Assembly (NCBI GenBank): GCA_038146925.1
Contig: JAYQSP010000011.1
Span: 170,888 to 234,887, forward strand
Direction of reading: 5' to 3'
DNA length: 64,000 bases
Origin: Alphaproteobacteria bacterium
GTDB lineage: Bacteria > Pseudomonadota > Alphaproteobacteria > MPNO01 > UBA830
Below are positions 1-10,747 of the stretch, piece by piece. A model generated the notes under the pieces. That model saw only the letters and a list, made by a program, of their open reading frames with translations, was not told the origin of the DNA and searched no databases. The translations under genes and the position numbers were made by a program. Every line of letters starts with the position of its first letter. The first letter of the stretch is position 1.

Positions 1-47
1 GACCGTGATGGCGACCCAGGTTTCCATTCAGGCGGAACGCCCGGGCG

Positions 48-869
48 TCAGGTCCGGTCCCCGAACCCCGCCGGCGCCGAGCATCCTTTCGCGGCGTCGT
101 CCGCCGATGCGCTGTTGTCCCACAGCCGGCCGATGAAGCGTTTGCCGTTCCAGCCGTCCGACGCTCTCGACGCCAGCCAGACGATCGGCGCCTGCATCAC
201 CACGGGGTCGACCAGCATGCCGTCGGCGCCCGACCGGCCCTCGTCGCCCGGGTTGCCGGGCAGCAGGTTGGTGTCCGCCGCGCCGCCGGGGATCAGGATG
301 TTGCAGGTCACGCCGGTACCGTCGAGGTCTTCCGACCAGCAGCTCGTTGTCGCTTCCATGGCCGCCTTCGACGGACCGTAGGGCGAAAAACCGGCACGCT
401 GCATGGTGTGGATCGACGTGGTCACGTTGACGACCCGTCCCCAGCCTTTTTCCAGCATGTGGGGTACGGCTTCGCGCGCCATCTGGAAGCCGCCATTGAC
501 GTTGGTTTCGATGATCTGGGCCCAGGTTTCCGGCTTCACGTCCCAGAACTTCGTCGGCGTCCGGTTGAACGTGTCGGAGACCAGCAGCATGCCGACGCCG
601 GCATTGTTCACCAGCACGTCGACGCCGCCGAACTCCGCCACCGTGTCGGCAACGATCTTGGCGCAGGCATCCGGATCGCGAATGTCCGATACCATCGCCT
701 TCACGTTACCCGCCAGGTCCTTCGTTTCCGCCTCGATATCGTCGGCGATGTGCATGGCGGCGGTCACGTTCGCGCCAGCGCCGGCCAGCGCGTGCACCAT
801 CGACCGCCCAAGTCCCCGGCCGCCGCCGGTGACGATGCAGGTGGTGCCGTTCAGATCGGTTGTTGTCAT
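48..869 (-). CDS. SDR-family short-chain dehydrogenase/reductase (start taken at the internal Met MTTTDL preceded by an AGGAAA ribosome-binding site; the ORF track extends to 914)
   Basis: TGGGRGLG Rossmann glycine motif and the usual SDR layout, about 273 aa. Confidence 0.8.
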   Translation of the reverse strand: MTTTDLNGTTCIVTGGGRGLGRSMVHALAGAGANVTAAMHIADDIEAETKDLAGNVKAMVSDIRDPDACAKIVADTVAEFGGVDVLVNNAGVGMLLVSDTFNRTPTKFWDVKPETWAQIIETNVNGGFQMAREAVPHMLEKGWGRVVNVTTSIHTMQRAGFSPYGPSKAAMEATTSCWSEDLDGTGVTCNILIPGGAADTNLLPGNPGDEGRSGADGMLVDPVVMQAPIVWLASRASDGWNGKRFIGRLWDNSASADDAAKGCSAPAGFGDRT

Positions 870-933
870 GTGTGTGTTTCCTGTCTCTGAAATTTGAGGC
901 GGGCAACCTAGCACGCCGCCGGGCGAATGACAG

Positions 934-2178
934 TTACCCCCGCCCCTGCACCGCCCGCAGCCGCATCAGGATCAGCATCAGCAGGCAGGCGACGCCGAAC
1001 ATCATGAACAGCGAGGCGTCGAAATCGCCGGTGGCGTGGGCCAGCGCGCCCATCGACATCGGGCCCAACACGCCGCCGACTTCGCCGACCGAGAAATAAA
1101 GTCCGCTGGCGGCGCCGACGCGGCTGGTGTTGCCGTCGCCGCTTTCGATCAGCAGCAGGATCGAGATCGACGTCATCGCGCCGCGGCACATGCCCTGCAG
1201 CACCAGACCGGCGGCCAGCAGCGGTCCCGACGCGGCCCAGACCATGACGGTGGCGACGGCGGCGCAGACGAACAGTCCCAGCAGGATGGCGAAGCGTTTG
1301 TCCGGCGTCGCCATGCGCGGAAGCGATAGCGACGCCACCATGCCGAACAGGGTCGGGATGGCGGCCCAGTAGCCGGCTTCCGAGGGCGTCATGCCGTAGG
1401 ACCGCAGCAGATCCGGCAGCCAGTGGTTCATGCCGTGATTGTAGAAAAGGATGAAAAGCCCCATCAGCAGGACGAGGCGGACGACGGGGTCGCGCACCAG
1501 TTCGAGGAACACGTCCATCGACCGGCGCTTATCCTCGGCCTTCAGTTTGGCTTCCATGTCGCGGCTGGCCGGGTGCGCGCTGATCCCCAGCCAGATCACG
1601 CCGACCAGAATGATGAACAGCGCGTAGCCCGACATCAGATCGCGCCAGTCGCCGCCGATGGCGGGCAGGAACACGCTGTTGGTCAGTGCCACGGCGACGA
1701 TCCCGCCGGTCGCGTTGCCGGTGAAATAGATGCCCATGGCAAGCCCGCGTTCCTTGCCCGTGAACCACAGGCTGACCACTTTGGGCGCGCCGGACGAAAT
1801 CAGCGGCCCGCCGAGACCGAACACCATGACCGCCAGCAACAGCGTAACGTAGTCCGATGCCACGCCGCGCAGCGCGACCGAGACGGCGATTACCAGCACC
1901 GAAGCGAACATCATCCGGCGCGGGCCGAACCGGTCGAGCAGCCCGCCGCAGGGAACCGAACAGAAAATATAAGTGAGCTGCCATGCCGCCAGCACGGTGC
2001 CCATCTCGCCCCGATGCATGCCGAGATCGGCCATCAGCCGGTAGACCAGCGGCGCCATCGACGCGATCGCCAGCGCGAAAGCGAAATACAAAAGCCACAC
2101 GCCGCCCAGCATGGCCCAGCGATAGGGGTGGGGCGGCCCGGCGGCGATATCGTCGGAAAGGTTAGGGGCGAGCGCCAT
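934..2178 (-). CDS. MFS transporter
   Basis: 414 aa, predicted 12-TM hydrophobic profile, MFS-like loop motifs. Confidence 0.75.
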   Translation of the reverse strand: MALAPNLSDDIAAGPPHPYRWAMLGGVWLLYFAFALAIASMAPLVYRLMADLGMHRGEMGTVLAAWQLTYIFCSVPCGGLLDRFGPRRMMFASVLVIAVSVALRGVASDYVTLLLAVMVFGLGGPLISSGAPKVVSLWFTGKERGLAMGIYFTGNATGGIVAVALTNSVFLPAIGGDWRDLMSGYALFIILVGVIWLGISAHPASRDMEAKLKAEDKRRSMDVFLELVRDPVVRLVLLMGLFILFYNHGMNHWLPDLLRSYGMTPSEAGYWAAIPTLFGMVASLSLPRMATPDKRFAILLGLFVCAAVATVMVWAASGPLLAAGLVLQGMCRGAMTSISILLLIESGDGNTSRVGAASGLYFSVGEVGGVLGPMSMGALAHATGDFDASLFMMFGVACLLMLILMRLRAVQGRG

Positions 2179-2255
2179 AGTCAGGGTTTAGGGGATTTCG
2201 GCGCGGCGGGGAATGGGGGTGGCGGGTTCGAAGTTTGCCGTTTGAAAATAAAAAC

Positions 2256-2328
2256 CGTCATCCTGGCGAAAACCGGGATCTCTCTTCAACGAAAACTGCC
2301 GGAGATTCCGGCTTTCGCCGGAATGACG
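2256..2328. repeat. Imperfect inverted pair of a ~27-bp hairpin unit (CGTCATCCTGGCGAAAACCGGGATCTC vs CGTCATTCCGGCGAAAGCCGGAATCTC) in the fhs-MFS intergenic spacer; REP/MITE-like, and a plausible fhs terminator
   Basis: Seen directly: 23/27 identity between the arms and each arm is itself a GAAA-loop hairpin. Confidence 0.5.
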
Positions 2329-2361
2329 ACAAATGGCTTTGTAAACCTGGTGCAGGGCGCC

Positions 2362-4041
2362 CTAAAACAGCCCTTCCACGATGCCCCCGTCGCCCAGCCG
2401 GATCGAATTGGCGGCGGGCACGCGGGGCAGGCCCGGCATGGTCATGATATTCCCGCAGATCGCGACAACGAATTCGGCACCGGCGGACAGGCGGACCTCG
2501 CGCACCGGCACGATGTGATCCGATGGTGCGCCTTTCAGGTCCGGGTCGGTGGAGAAGCTGTACTGGGTTTTCGCCATGCAGACAGGCAGGTGCCCGTAGC
2601 CTTCGTCCTCCCAGCGCGAAAGCTGGTCCTGCAGGCTCTTGTTCGCGATGGCTTCGGACGCCCGGTAAATTTCCTTCGCGACCGCGTTGATCTTGTCGAA
2701 CAGCCCCATGTCGTCGGGGTACACCGGCGCAAAGGAGGCCTTGCCGCTGTCGGCCATCTCAACGACCTTGTGCGCCAGCGCTTCGGTGCCGGCGGAACCG
2801 TCGGCCCAATGTGTGCACTCGACGACCTCCGCCCCGGCTTCGCCCGCGGCATCGGCGACGGCGGCGATCTCCGCGTCCGTGTCGGTCGAAAACCGGTTGA
2901 TCGCGACCACCGGCGGGACGCCGAATTTTTTTACGTTCTCGATATGCCGTTTGAGATTGGCGATGCCTTCCGTGACTGCGCCGACGTTTTCGGTGCCGAG
3001 ATCGTCGCGTCCGACCCCGCCATGCATTTTCAACGCGCGGATGGTAGCGACGATGACGGCGGCATCCGGTTTCAGGCCCGCCTTTCGGCATTTGATGTCG
3101 AAGAACTTCTCCGCGCCCAGATCGGCGCCGAACCCCGCTTCGGTGACGACATAGTCCGACAGCCGCAGCGCCGCCTCGGTCGACATGACGGTATTGCACC
3201 CATGGGCGATATTGGCGAACGGCCCGCCATGGACGAAGGCGGGGTTGTTCTCAAGGGTTTGCACCAGGTTGGGCATCAGCGCGTCTTTCAGCAGGACCGC
3301 CATGGCGCCGTCTGCCTGAAGCTGCCTGGCGGTGATGGCTTCGCGCTTGCGGGTCTGGCCGACGACGATGTTGCCGAGGCGGCGTTCCAGGTCCGACAGC
3401 GAATTCGCCAGGCAGAAGATCGCCATGATCTCGGACGCGACCGTGATGTCATAGCCGGTTTCGCGCGCGAATCCGTTGGCGATGCCTCCCAGTCCGACGG
3501 TGATATCGCGCAGCGCGCGGTCGTTGATGTCCACGACCCGTCGCCACGAAACGCGCCGCGAATCCATCCGCAGTTCGTTGTCCCAGTACATATGATTGTC
3601 GATCATCGCCGACAGCAGGTTGTGCGCCGCGCCGATGGCGTGCATGTCGCCGGTGAAGTGGAGGTTGATATCTTCCATCGGCACGACCTGTGCATAGCCG
3701 CCGCCGGCGGCGCCGCCTTTCATGCCGAAACACGGGCCGAGGGACGGTTCACGGATGCAGATGGCGGCCTTCTTGCCGATCCGGTTCAGCCCGTCGCCGA
3801 GCCCGACGGTCGTGGTGGTCTTGCCTTCGCCGGCCGGCGTCGGCGTGATCGCGGTGACCAGGATCAGTTTGCCGCGCGGACGGTCTGAAATTTCCTCCAG
3901 AAATCCGTAATCCACCTTGGCCTTGTTGGACCCGTAGGGGTGCAGCGCGTTTGCGGGAATATCCAGCTTTGCACCGATGTCGGTAATGGGAAGCTGCGTC
4001 GCGGCGCGCGCGATTTCGATATCCGTACCCTGGTCAGCCAT
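2362..4041 (-). CDS. fhs: formate--tetrahydrofolate ligase
   Basis: 559 aa, [12 protein letters not shown]-loop, strong similarity to formyl-THF synthetase across the whole length. Confidence 0.95.
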   Translation of the reverse strand: MADQGTDIEIARAATQLPITDIGAKLDIPANALHPYGSNKAKVDYGFLEEISDRPRGKLILVTAITPTPAGEGKTTTTVGLGDGLNRIGKKAAICIREPSLGPCFGMKGGAAGGGYAQVVPMEDINLHFTGDMHAIGAAHNLLSAMIDNHMYWDNELRMDSRRVSWRRVVDINDRALRDITVGLGGIANGFARETGYDITVASEIMAIFCLANSLSDLERRLGNIVVGQTRKREAITARQLQADGAMAVLLKDALMPNLVQTLENNPAFVHGGPFANIAHGCNTVMSTEAALRLSDYVVTEAGFGADLGAEKFFDIKCRKAGLKPDAAVIVATIRALKMHGGVGRDDLGTENVGAVTEGIANLKRHIENVKKFGVPPVVAINRFSTDTDAEIAAVADAAGEAGAEVVECTHWADGSAGTEALAHKVVEMADSGKASFAPVYPDDMGLFDKINAVAKEIYRASEAIANKSLQDQLSRWEDEGYGHLPVCMAKTQYSFSTDPDLKGAPSDHIVPVREVRLSAGAEFVVAICGNIMTMPGLPRVPAANSIRLGDGGIVEGLF

Positions 4042-4122
4042 GTCGGAGAATCCGTTTCTGAAAGGAATGATCCCCGAAGTTAGGCGGGAAAGGATGGAAT
4101 CATCAACCGCGCGCGCAACGCA

Positions 4123-4824
4123 TCAGGCGGCGAGATCGAAGACCAACACCTCGGCGTCCGACGTCCCGGTCACCGTGACCGCGTCTTCGCCGGTCATCCC
4201 CGCCCCGTCTCCGGGATAGAGCTGTTCGCCGTTGACCTGGACCGTGCCGCGCGCGACCTGCACCCAGGCTTTCCGCCCGGGCCGCAGCGGCAGGGACACT
4301 TCGTCCCCGTCATCCAGCAGCGACGTATAAAGATCGGCGTCCTGATGGATTTTCAGCGATCCGTCGCGGGCGTCGTTGGATGCGACAAGGCACAGCTTGC
4401 CGCGCCGTTCCTCGTGCACGAACGCCTTCTGCTCGTATCCCGGCGGGATGTCGTGCTCGTTCGGGATGACCCAGATCTGCAGGAAATGGACAGGGTCTTC
4501 GTCCGACGCATTGAACTCACTGTGCCGGATGCCGGTCCCGGCGCTCATCCGCTGGACCTCACCCGGCCGGATCACCGACCCCGTGCCGATGGAATCCTTA
4601 TGCTCCAGCGCACCGTCCAGCACGTAGGAAATGATTTCCATGTTTTCGTGCCCGTGGGTGGGGAATCCTTCGCCCGGCTGGACGCGGTCCTCGTTAATAA
4701 CGCGCAGCGCGCCGAACCCCATATGCGCGGGGTCGTGGTAATGGCCGAACGAAAAGCTGTGCTTCGAATTCAGCCAGCCCATGTTGGCGGTGCCCCGTTC
4801 TTCGGCGTGACGGATATCGATCAT
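4123..4824 (-). CDS. pirin-family protein
   Basis: N-terminal cupin HxH...E pirin motif (FPTHGHENMEIISYVLDG). Confidence 0.85.
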   Translation of the reverse strand: MIDIRHAEERGTANMGWLNSKHSFSFGHYHDPAHMGFGALRVINEDRVQPGEGFPTHGHENMEIISYVLDGALEHKDSIGTGSVIRPGEVQRMSAGTGIRHSEFNASDEDPVHFLQIWVIPNEHDIPPGYEQKAFVHEERRGKLCLVASNDARDGSLKIHQDADLYTSLLDDGDEVSLPLRPGRKAWVQVARGTVQVNGEQLYPGDGAGMTGEDAVTVTGTSDAEVLVFDLAA

Positions 4825-4967
4825 GGCAAACTCTCCTGTCTATATAAGAAATGCGCCGCATCCACGGCGCCGTTTCCGCATAGATGGGGAGCGCGCCCCG
4901 CCGCATAATCGTGCATCCATGCATGTCAGTTTTGACGTATGCGAACAAATAAACGCCGACATTCCCG

Positions 4968-6527
4968 TCAGGCGTTGTTTCCCAACGATGCCGCCGCGTG
5001 CCGTCCGGCGATCCGGCCTGACGTGAACGCCCAGCCGATGTGATGCCCGTGTCCTTTCAGCATCAGCCCGCCCTGACCGGCCGACCCGGCCGCCCATAAT
5101 CCGGGGATGGGCCGGTCTTCGTGTCCCAGCAGGCGAAGCTCGGTGTCGACGGCAAGGCCGCCATCGGTAAGAACGATATAGCTTTTGGCCGGGCCGAGGG
5201 CGTGGAAAGGCGGCGTCGCCAGCGGTGCGGGAATGTCGCCGGCATTGTGGGCATCGAGGGACTCTTTCAGGGTTGAAGGATCCATTCCCAGTTTTCCGGC
5301 CAGTGCCTCGATGCTGTCGGCCTTGAAATAGAGGTCAGGCCGCGTTTTGCGGAAATCGTCGAAATAGGCGTAGGCCACCCCCGGCGCCGTGGCGACGAAG
5401 TCGGGCCATTTCGAATACCGTTTTGCGAGCGCCGAATCCATGATCACGAATCCGATCTTGTCGGGCCGGTTCGCGGTTTCCAGTCCCAGTGTCGCCGCGG
5501 GCGCGTCGATGCGCGCACCGGCCTTGTCGACCAACAGCGCCCCGTTGCGGAAAAAGTCGAGCTCCGGCGCCATCGACGTGGTGGTAAACCGCAGGACGAA
5601 GGGTCGCAGCAGCCAGCCGGGTGCATATTTCAGCCCCAGTTTCATGATTTTCGTTACGATGCGCGACGGCGGCAGGCGGCGGTCGATGGTCTCTTTCGGC
5701 GGCGGCACGAAGCGCAAATTGGGACCCGACAGCACATCTCCGTTCAGCACCCTGGCGCCCAGCGGAAACGCCATTTCGTGTCCGTCACCGGTGGCCGTGG
5801 GATTCATCGCGTCGACCCGGGACACGGCCTCCGAGATGTATTTCGCTTTCAGATCCGCATTGGCCGCGTAATCGCCGCTGGCGAGGATGGTCGCCCGCGC
5901 CGAGATCTCCACCGGGCCCACCGGCGATGCCCCTGCGATCCCGGTGACGGTGCTCTCATCCGTCAGGAACTTTTCCGCACGGACCCCGCAGCGGATATCG
6001 ACGCCGATCCGCGCGGCGTGCCGGCTCAGCAGTTTTATATAGGCGCGCGAATTCGGCAGTACGTTATGCATGCGCGGTTTGGTGTGCGGCGGCTCGGGCA
6101 TCGGGCCGAAAAACTCGACGCCCATCGACATCAGCCAGCGCAGCGTGTCGTTGGCGTTGTCGACGAATATGCGTCGGAGTTCGGGATTGTCCCGGTCCGC
6201 GTCCTTGCCGGAGAATTTGGGCATGTCGTCGAAATGCGCGTCCGGGTCGTCCTCGATGCCGGCGGCGAGCTGTTGCGGCGTCTGCGTCGCCGTGAACGAG
6301 CCGATCGACCAGGCGGTAGTGCCGCCGGGCGCGTCGTTTTTTTCGATCAGGATCACATTGGCACCCTGCGCGCGCGCTTCAATCGCGGCGGCGAGACCCG
6401 CGCCTCCAGCACCGATTACCAATACATCGCATTGCAGATTCTTCACGCGATCATCCCCTTGTTCCTTTGACAGTCTCAAACTATGTGACTTCCCGGCCGC
6501 GAACCGATAGATTCGCCGCGGCTGCAA
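4968..6527 (-). CDS. FAD-binding dehydrogenase (FAD_binding_2 fold; fumarate-reductase / KstD-like flavoprotein)
   Basis: VLVIGAGGAGLAAA dinucleotide-binding motif, 519 aa. Confidence 0.75.
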   Translation of the reverse strand: MQPRRIYRFAAGKSHSLRLSKEQGDDRVKNLQCDVLVIGAGGAGLAAAIEARAQGANVILIEKNDAPGGTTAWSIGSFTATQTPQQLAAGIEDDPDAHFDDMPKFSGKDADRDNPELRRIFVDNANDTLRWLMSMGVEFFGPMPEPPHTKPRMHNVLPNSRAYIKLLSRHAARIGVDIRCGVRAEKFLTDESTVTGIAGASPVGPVEISARATILASGDYAANADLKAKYISEAVSRVDAMNPTATGDGHEMAFPLGARVLNGDVLSGPNLRFVPPPKETIDRRLPPSRIVTKIMKLGLKYAPGWLLRPFVLRFTTTSMAPELDFFRNGALLVDKAGARIDAPAATLGLETANRPDKIGFVIMDSALAKRYSKWPDFVATAPGVAYAYFDDFRKTRPDLYFKADSIEALAGKLGMDPSTLKESLDAHNAGDIPAPLATPPFHALGPAKSYIVLTDGGLAVDTELRLLGHEDRPIPGLWAAGSAGQGGLMLKGHGHHIGWAFTSGRIAGRHAAASLGNNA

Positions 6528-6540
6528 TCACTTATTATCC

Positions 6541-8916
6541 ATGATCCCGTATATTCGCACATCTTTGTTATTCGCGGCGACCGCGACCCTGCTTGTCCTG
6601 ACCGCTGCGTCGGCGCCGGCAAGCGCGCAGTCGCCTGCCGTGCTGAAGGCGCAGCAGGCGCAGAGCGAGTCGCAGAAGCAGTCCATTGCCAAGCGCCAGG
6701 CAAGGGAGAAACGCGAGGCGCTGGAAGATTCCGGGTTGAGCAGCGCCGATGTCGACGATCTGATCAGTACGCTGGAAGACCCCGAGGCGCGCAGCGAACT
6801 GGTCAACCGACTGAGGGCTCTCAAAGCAGGTACCGGCGCTGGCGCGCAGGCAGCCGAAACCGAAAAACAGTCCGGCCGATTCGGCGGCCGCATCGTCGAA
6901 ACTCTTTCCATGCGTATCGACCGGATCAGCGAGGATCTGGTGAGCAGCGCGACGATCGTTCTCGATGCACCGCGGCTCGTCGACTGGGTGAAACGGCAGA
7001 TGTCGGTTCCGGAAAACCGGCAGGTATGGGCTGAAGTACTGTGGAAGGTTCTGGTCGTCCTGGCGGCCGGCCTGATAGCCGAATGGGCGGTGCGGTTGCT
7101 GCTGGCCCGGACGCGAAAATCCGTCGAAGGGCAGGATCGCGATTCCATCTGGATGCGCGTGCCGTTTCTCCTGGCGCGAACGCTGATCGATATCGTTCCG
7201 ATCGCTGCCTTCCTGGGCGCGGCTTATCTGGTGTTGCCGCTGCTGCATCCGGATGAAATTACCCGTCTGGTGGCGATATCGTTGGTGAATGCGAACGTCA
7301 TCGCCCGGGCGATCATGGCGGCGGCGCGGATGTTCTTCGTGCCGCGCGCGACCAATCTGCGGGTTCTGCAGATCGACGACGAAAGCGCGAATTATCTGGT
7401 GCTGTGGATCCGTCGTCTGACCCATGTCACGGTCTACGGGTATTTCATCGCCGAGGCCGCGCTCCTCGTGGGACTGCCGCAGGCCGGGTATCTCGCGCTG
7501 ATTAAGATGATCGGATTGCTGACGGCGTTGCTGCTGATCATTTTCATCCTGCAGAACCGGCGCGTCGTTGCAGGCTGGGTACGCGGATCCGAAACCTCCG
7601 GTTTCTCGGGGCTTCGGCTGTTGCGCCGGCGTCTCGGCGACATCTGGCACGTGCTTGCCGTCATCTACGTCGTCGCCGTGTATATCGTCTGGGCGCTGGA
7701 AGTGTCCGGCGGTTTCGACTTCGTCTTCCGGGCGACGGTCCTGAGCATCGTGATTCTGTTTGCCGCCAAGCTTCTGATCATCGGGTCGCACCACGCGGTG
7801 CAGAAAGGGTTCGGCGTCCGGCAGGAACTTATCGCGCAGTATCCGGGCCTGGCGCAGCGGGCGAACAGGTATTTCGCCATCCTGCAGGCGGTGATCACCG
7901 GTGCGATCCTTTTCGTCGCCGTGTTTGCGATCCTCGAAGCCTGGGGTGTGGATTCCTTCGTCTGGGTGGGTACGGACACCGGCCGGCGCGTCATCGGCAG
8001 CATCGTATCGAGCCTGTTCGTGATCGTGATCGCCGTCGTGTTCTGGGAGATGGTGTCGTCGGTCATCGAACGCTATCTGGCGCGCAGCGACGAGGGCGAA
8101 GTGGAGCTGAGCGCCCGCGCCAAAACGCTGCTGCCGCTGCTGCGCAAGGCGCTTCTTGTCGTCGTGTCGACGATCGTCGGCTTTATCGTCCTGTCCGAGA
8201 TCGGCGTGAATATCGGCCCGCTTCTGGCCGGCGCCGGCGTTATCGGTCTTGCCATCGGCTTCGGCTCGCAGACCCTGGTCAAGGATGTCATCACCGGCGT
8301 GTTCATCCTGGCCGAGAACCAGTTTGCCGTCGGCGACGTTGTCCGCGTCAGCGACAAGGCGGGCCTGGTGGAGGACATCACCATCCGTACCATTCGTCTG
8401 CGCGATCTTGGCGGCAACGTTCATATGATCCCGTTCAGTTCCGTCGGCATGGTCGAAAACATGACCAAGGATTTTTCGCGCTACGTTTTCGAAGTCGGCG
8501 TCGCCTACCGCGAGGATGTGGACGAGGTGATCGAGGTGTTGCGCGATCTCGGCGCGGAAATGCAGGAAGACGATTACTACGGACCTCTGATCAATCAGCC
8601 GCTGGAGATCATGGGTCTCGACAAATTCGCAGATTCCGCCGTGGTCATCCGGGCGCGGTTTACGACCAAACCGATCAAGCAGTGGGAAGTCGGCCGCGAG
8701 TTCAACCGCCGCATGAAGCGGAAATTCGACGAGCTCGGCATCGAGATTCCGTTCCCGCACCAGACCATTTATTTCGGCGAGGACAAATCCGGCGCCGCGC
8801 CGCCCGGCTATATCGAAGTACGGGACCGCCGGGAAAAGAAGAACGACGCCCCGGACCGACCCGACAGACCGGCCCGCACCGATCGCGTCGACAACGTCGC
8901 CGATGACGGCGAATAG
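6541..8916 (+). CDS. MscS-family mechanosensitive channel (MscK/KefA-like, with N-terminal signal peptide and periplasmic coiled-coil region)
   Basis: 791 aa; C-terminal MscS core GFGSQTLVKDVITGVFILAENQFAVGDVV. Confidence 0.85.
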   Translation: MIPYIRTSLLFAATATLLVLTAASAPASAQSPAVLKAQQAQSESQKQSIAKRQAREKREALEDSGLSSADVDDLISTLEDPEARSELVNRLRALKAGTGAGAQAAETEKQSGRFGGRIVETLSMRIDRISEDLVSSATIVLDAPRLVDWVKRQMSVPENRQVWAEVLWKVLVVLAAGLIAEWAVRLLLARTRKSVEGQDRDSIWMRVPFLLARTLIDIVPIAAFLGAAYLVLPLLHPDEITRLVAISLVNANVIARAIMAAARMFFVPRATNLRVLQIDDESANYLVLWIRRLTHVTVYGYFIAEAALLVGLPQAGYLALIKMIGLLTALLLIIFILQNRRVVAGWVRGSETSGFSGLRLLRRRLGDIWHVLAVIYVVAVYIVWALEVSGGFDFVFRATVLSIVILFAAKLLIIGSHHAVQKGFGVRQELIAQYPGLAQRANRYFAILQAVITGAILFVAVFAILEAWGVDSFVWVGTDTGRRVIGSIVSSLFVIVIAVVFWEMVSSVIERYLARSDEGEVELSARAKTLLPLLRKALLVVVSTIVGFIVLSEIGVNIGPLLAGAGVIGLAIGFGSQTLVKDVITGVFILAENQFAVGDVVRVSDKAGLVEDITIRTIRLRDLGGNVHMIPFSSVGMVENMTKDFSRYVFEVGVAYREDVDEVIEVLRDLGAEMQEDDYYGPLINQPLEIMGLDKFADSAVVIRARFTTKPIKQWEVGREFNRRMKRKFDELGIEIPFPHQTIYFGEDKSGAAPPGYIEVRDRREKKNDAPDRPDRPARTDRVDNVADDGE

Positions 8917-8922
8917 TACCCG

Positions 8923-9714
8923 ATGACCTCACCATCCCGTCACATGGGCCGCGTCAACTGGATCGGTCTGTGGACCCATTACTGGAAGGAGGTGCACCGG
9001 TTTCTGAAGGTCGCCTTCCAGACGCTGATTGCGCCGATGGTGACGACGCTGCTGTTCCTCGCCGTCTTTACGCTGGCGCTGGGCCGTGCGGTGGAGACCG
9101 TAAAGGGCGTACCGTTCGAGGTGTTCCTGGCGCCCGGGCTGATCGTGTTCGCCATCATCCAGAATTCCTTCGCCAACACCTCTTCGTCCATGCTGATCCT
9201 GAAGATACAGGGCAGCATCGTGGATCTGCTGATGCCGCCGCTGACCGCCGGCGAGCTGGTGCTGGGCTTTATCGCCGGCAGCGTGACGCGCGGCGTGATC
9301 GTCGGCGGACTGGTCGGCACGGTGATGTGGCTGTTCACCGATCTGCAGATCGTCAATCCGTGGATCGTGATCTTTCACGGCGTCGGGGCATCGATGATGC
9401 TGTCTCTGGTCGGGCTGATCACCGCGATCTGGGCCGACAAGTACGATAACGTCGCCTCGATCACCAACTTCGTGATCACGCCGCTGTCGTTCCTGTCCGG
9501 GACGTTCTATTCGATCGACCGGCTGCCGGGCTTCTGGCACAGCGTCGCCCAGTTCAATCCGTTCTTCTACATGATCGACGGCTTCCGGTCGGGCTTCATC
9601 GGCACCTCCGACGCGCCGATCTGGACCGGCATCGCCGTGATAACGACGCTGAACGCGATTCTATGGATGATCTGCCACCGGCTGTTCGCCCGGGGCTGGA
9701 AGCTGAAGGACTGA
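8923..9714 (+). CDS. ABC-2 type transporter permease
   Basis: 263 aa, 6-TM ABC-2 permease profile; no ATPase gene adjacent. Confidence 0.7.
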   Translation: MTSPSRHMGRVNWIGLWTHYWKEVHRFLKVAFQTLIAPMVTTLLFLAVFTLALGRAVETVKGVPFEVFLAPGLIVFAIIQNSFANTSSSMLILKIQGSIVDLLMPPLTAGELVLGFIAGSVTRGVIVGGLVGTVMWLFTDLQIVNPWIVIFHGVGASMMLSLVGLITAIWADKYDNVASITNFVITPLSFLSGTFYSIDRLPGFWHSVAQFNPFFYMIDGFRSGFIGTSDAPIWTGIAVITTLNAILWMICHRLFARGWKLKD

Positions 9715-9720
9715 GCGGAA

Positions 9721-10164
9721 TCAGGCCCGCCGCCACTGGACCCAGGCGTTGACGACCGTTCCGTCCGGCCAGGCGCGGGACAGCAGCAGTTTCATCCCGC
9801 CATCGGGCAGCAGTTCCACCCCGCGTCTCTGCTCGCCGCCGACCCAGCCGGGGTTCAGCGCGAATTCGACCTTTGTGATGAACGTATCGCGCTCCAGCCG
9901 CCACTGGCCGCCATAGGAGATATAGGTGTCGAAGGCCGCCAGGCGGTCCGCGTCGGGTGCGTCGGTGTGCCAGGCGGGATCGCCCGACAGCGGTGCGCGG
10001 TCGCCATGGCAGAGCGAGGCGTTCATCCACCCGTCCGGCGAGATGATCACCATGCCCCGCGGATCGGGGCCATAGCGGTCGAGCGATACCTTCTCGTCGT
10101 TCGGATCGTCGTTGCCGCGGGCGACGAGTATCCAGGTGCCGGTGATATCCTGTTCGGTGATCAT
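9721..10164 (-). CDS. lipocalin-like domain protein
   Basis: TGTWILV start and beta-rich 147 aa, as in PF13924-like proteins. Confidence 0.5.
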   Translation of the reverse strand: MITEQDITGTWILVARGNDDPNDEKVSLDRYGPDPRGMVIISPDGWMNASLCHGDRAPLSGDPAWHTDAPDADRLAAFDTYISYGGQWRLERDTFITKVEFALNPGWVGGEQRRGVELLPDGGMKLLLSRAWPDGTVVNAWVQWRRA

Positions 10165-10656
10165 TTAATCACTCCTATCTTTTCTTTTCAGGCGGGCAAT
10201 CAGATCGATCATTACCGGTGCGTTTTGCGGCAGGCGCATCATGCCGAGGACGCTGCGCGGGTGGCGGCCGTCATCGCCGAACGCCGTCATGAACACCTTC
10301 GACGCATGGTCGGCGACCCGCGATATGCCGTCGAATTCCGGCGTACAGGCGACGTAGCATTTCAGCTGCAGGACGCCGGTGACCCGGTCCAGATCGCCGT
10401 CCGCCGCTTCGCGCAGCCAGTTCAGCGCCTGCAGCGCGCAGATCTGCATCTGGCGGCCGGCTTCTTCCTCGCTGATTTCCGCGCCGACCTTGCCGGGGTT
10501 CCGGACCGCGCCGTCTTCCTTGCCCAGCGTACCGGCGAGATAGATGGTGTCGCCGTCGCGCTTGTAGGGGTCGTAGTCGTAGGCCGGCCCTTCCCGAGGC
10601 GGGAGGGAGAGGCCGATCGCGGCGAGGCGGGCTTCGGTCTGGCGGGACGCAGCCAT
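10165..10656 (-). CDS. RidA/YjgF-family (Rid) protein; start at the internal Met MAASRQ
   Basis: Conserved C-terminal Rid region (GKVGAEIS...VLQLKCYV...RSVLGMMRLP). Confidence 0.7.
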   Translation of the reverse strand: MAASRQTEARLAAIGLSLPPREGPAYDYDPYKRDGDTIYLAGTLGKEDGAVRNPGKVGAEISEEEAGRQMQICALQALNWLREAADGDLDRVTGVLQLKCYVACTPEFDGISRVADHASKVFMTAFGDDGRHPRSVLGMMRLPQNAPVMIDLIARLKRKDRSD

Positions 10657-10747
10657 CGTGATCTTTTCCTGTCGTGATCCCGATACCCTAGCAGGGTTGG
10701 CGTCCGCTTGCGTATAGTCAGGCGGAAACAGGGGGGCGGTATTTCTC

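Noticed and set aside
1423-3888. 821-aa + strand ORF in the track, antisense to fhs
   Set aside because: Arg/Gly/Asp-rich low-complexity translation typical of out-of-frame high-GC DNA with no domain signal. The fhs gene on the opposite strand explains the region.
6568-8760. 730-aa - strand ORF antisense to the MscS gene
   Set aside because: Compositionally biased (R/D/Q/H-rich) with no recognisable motifs; a GC-driven shadow ORF.
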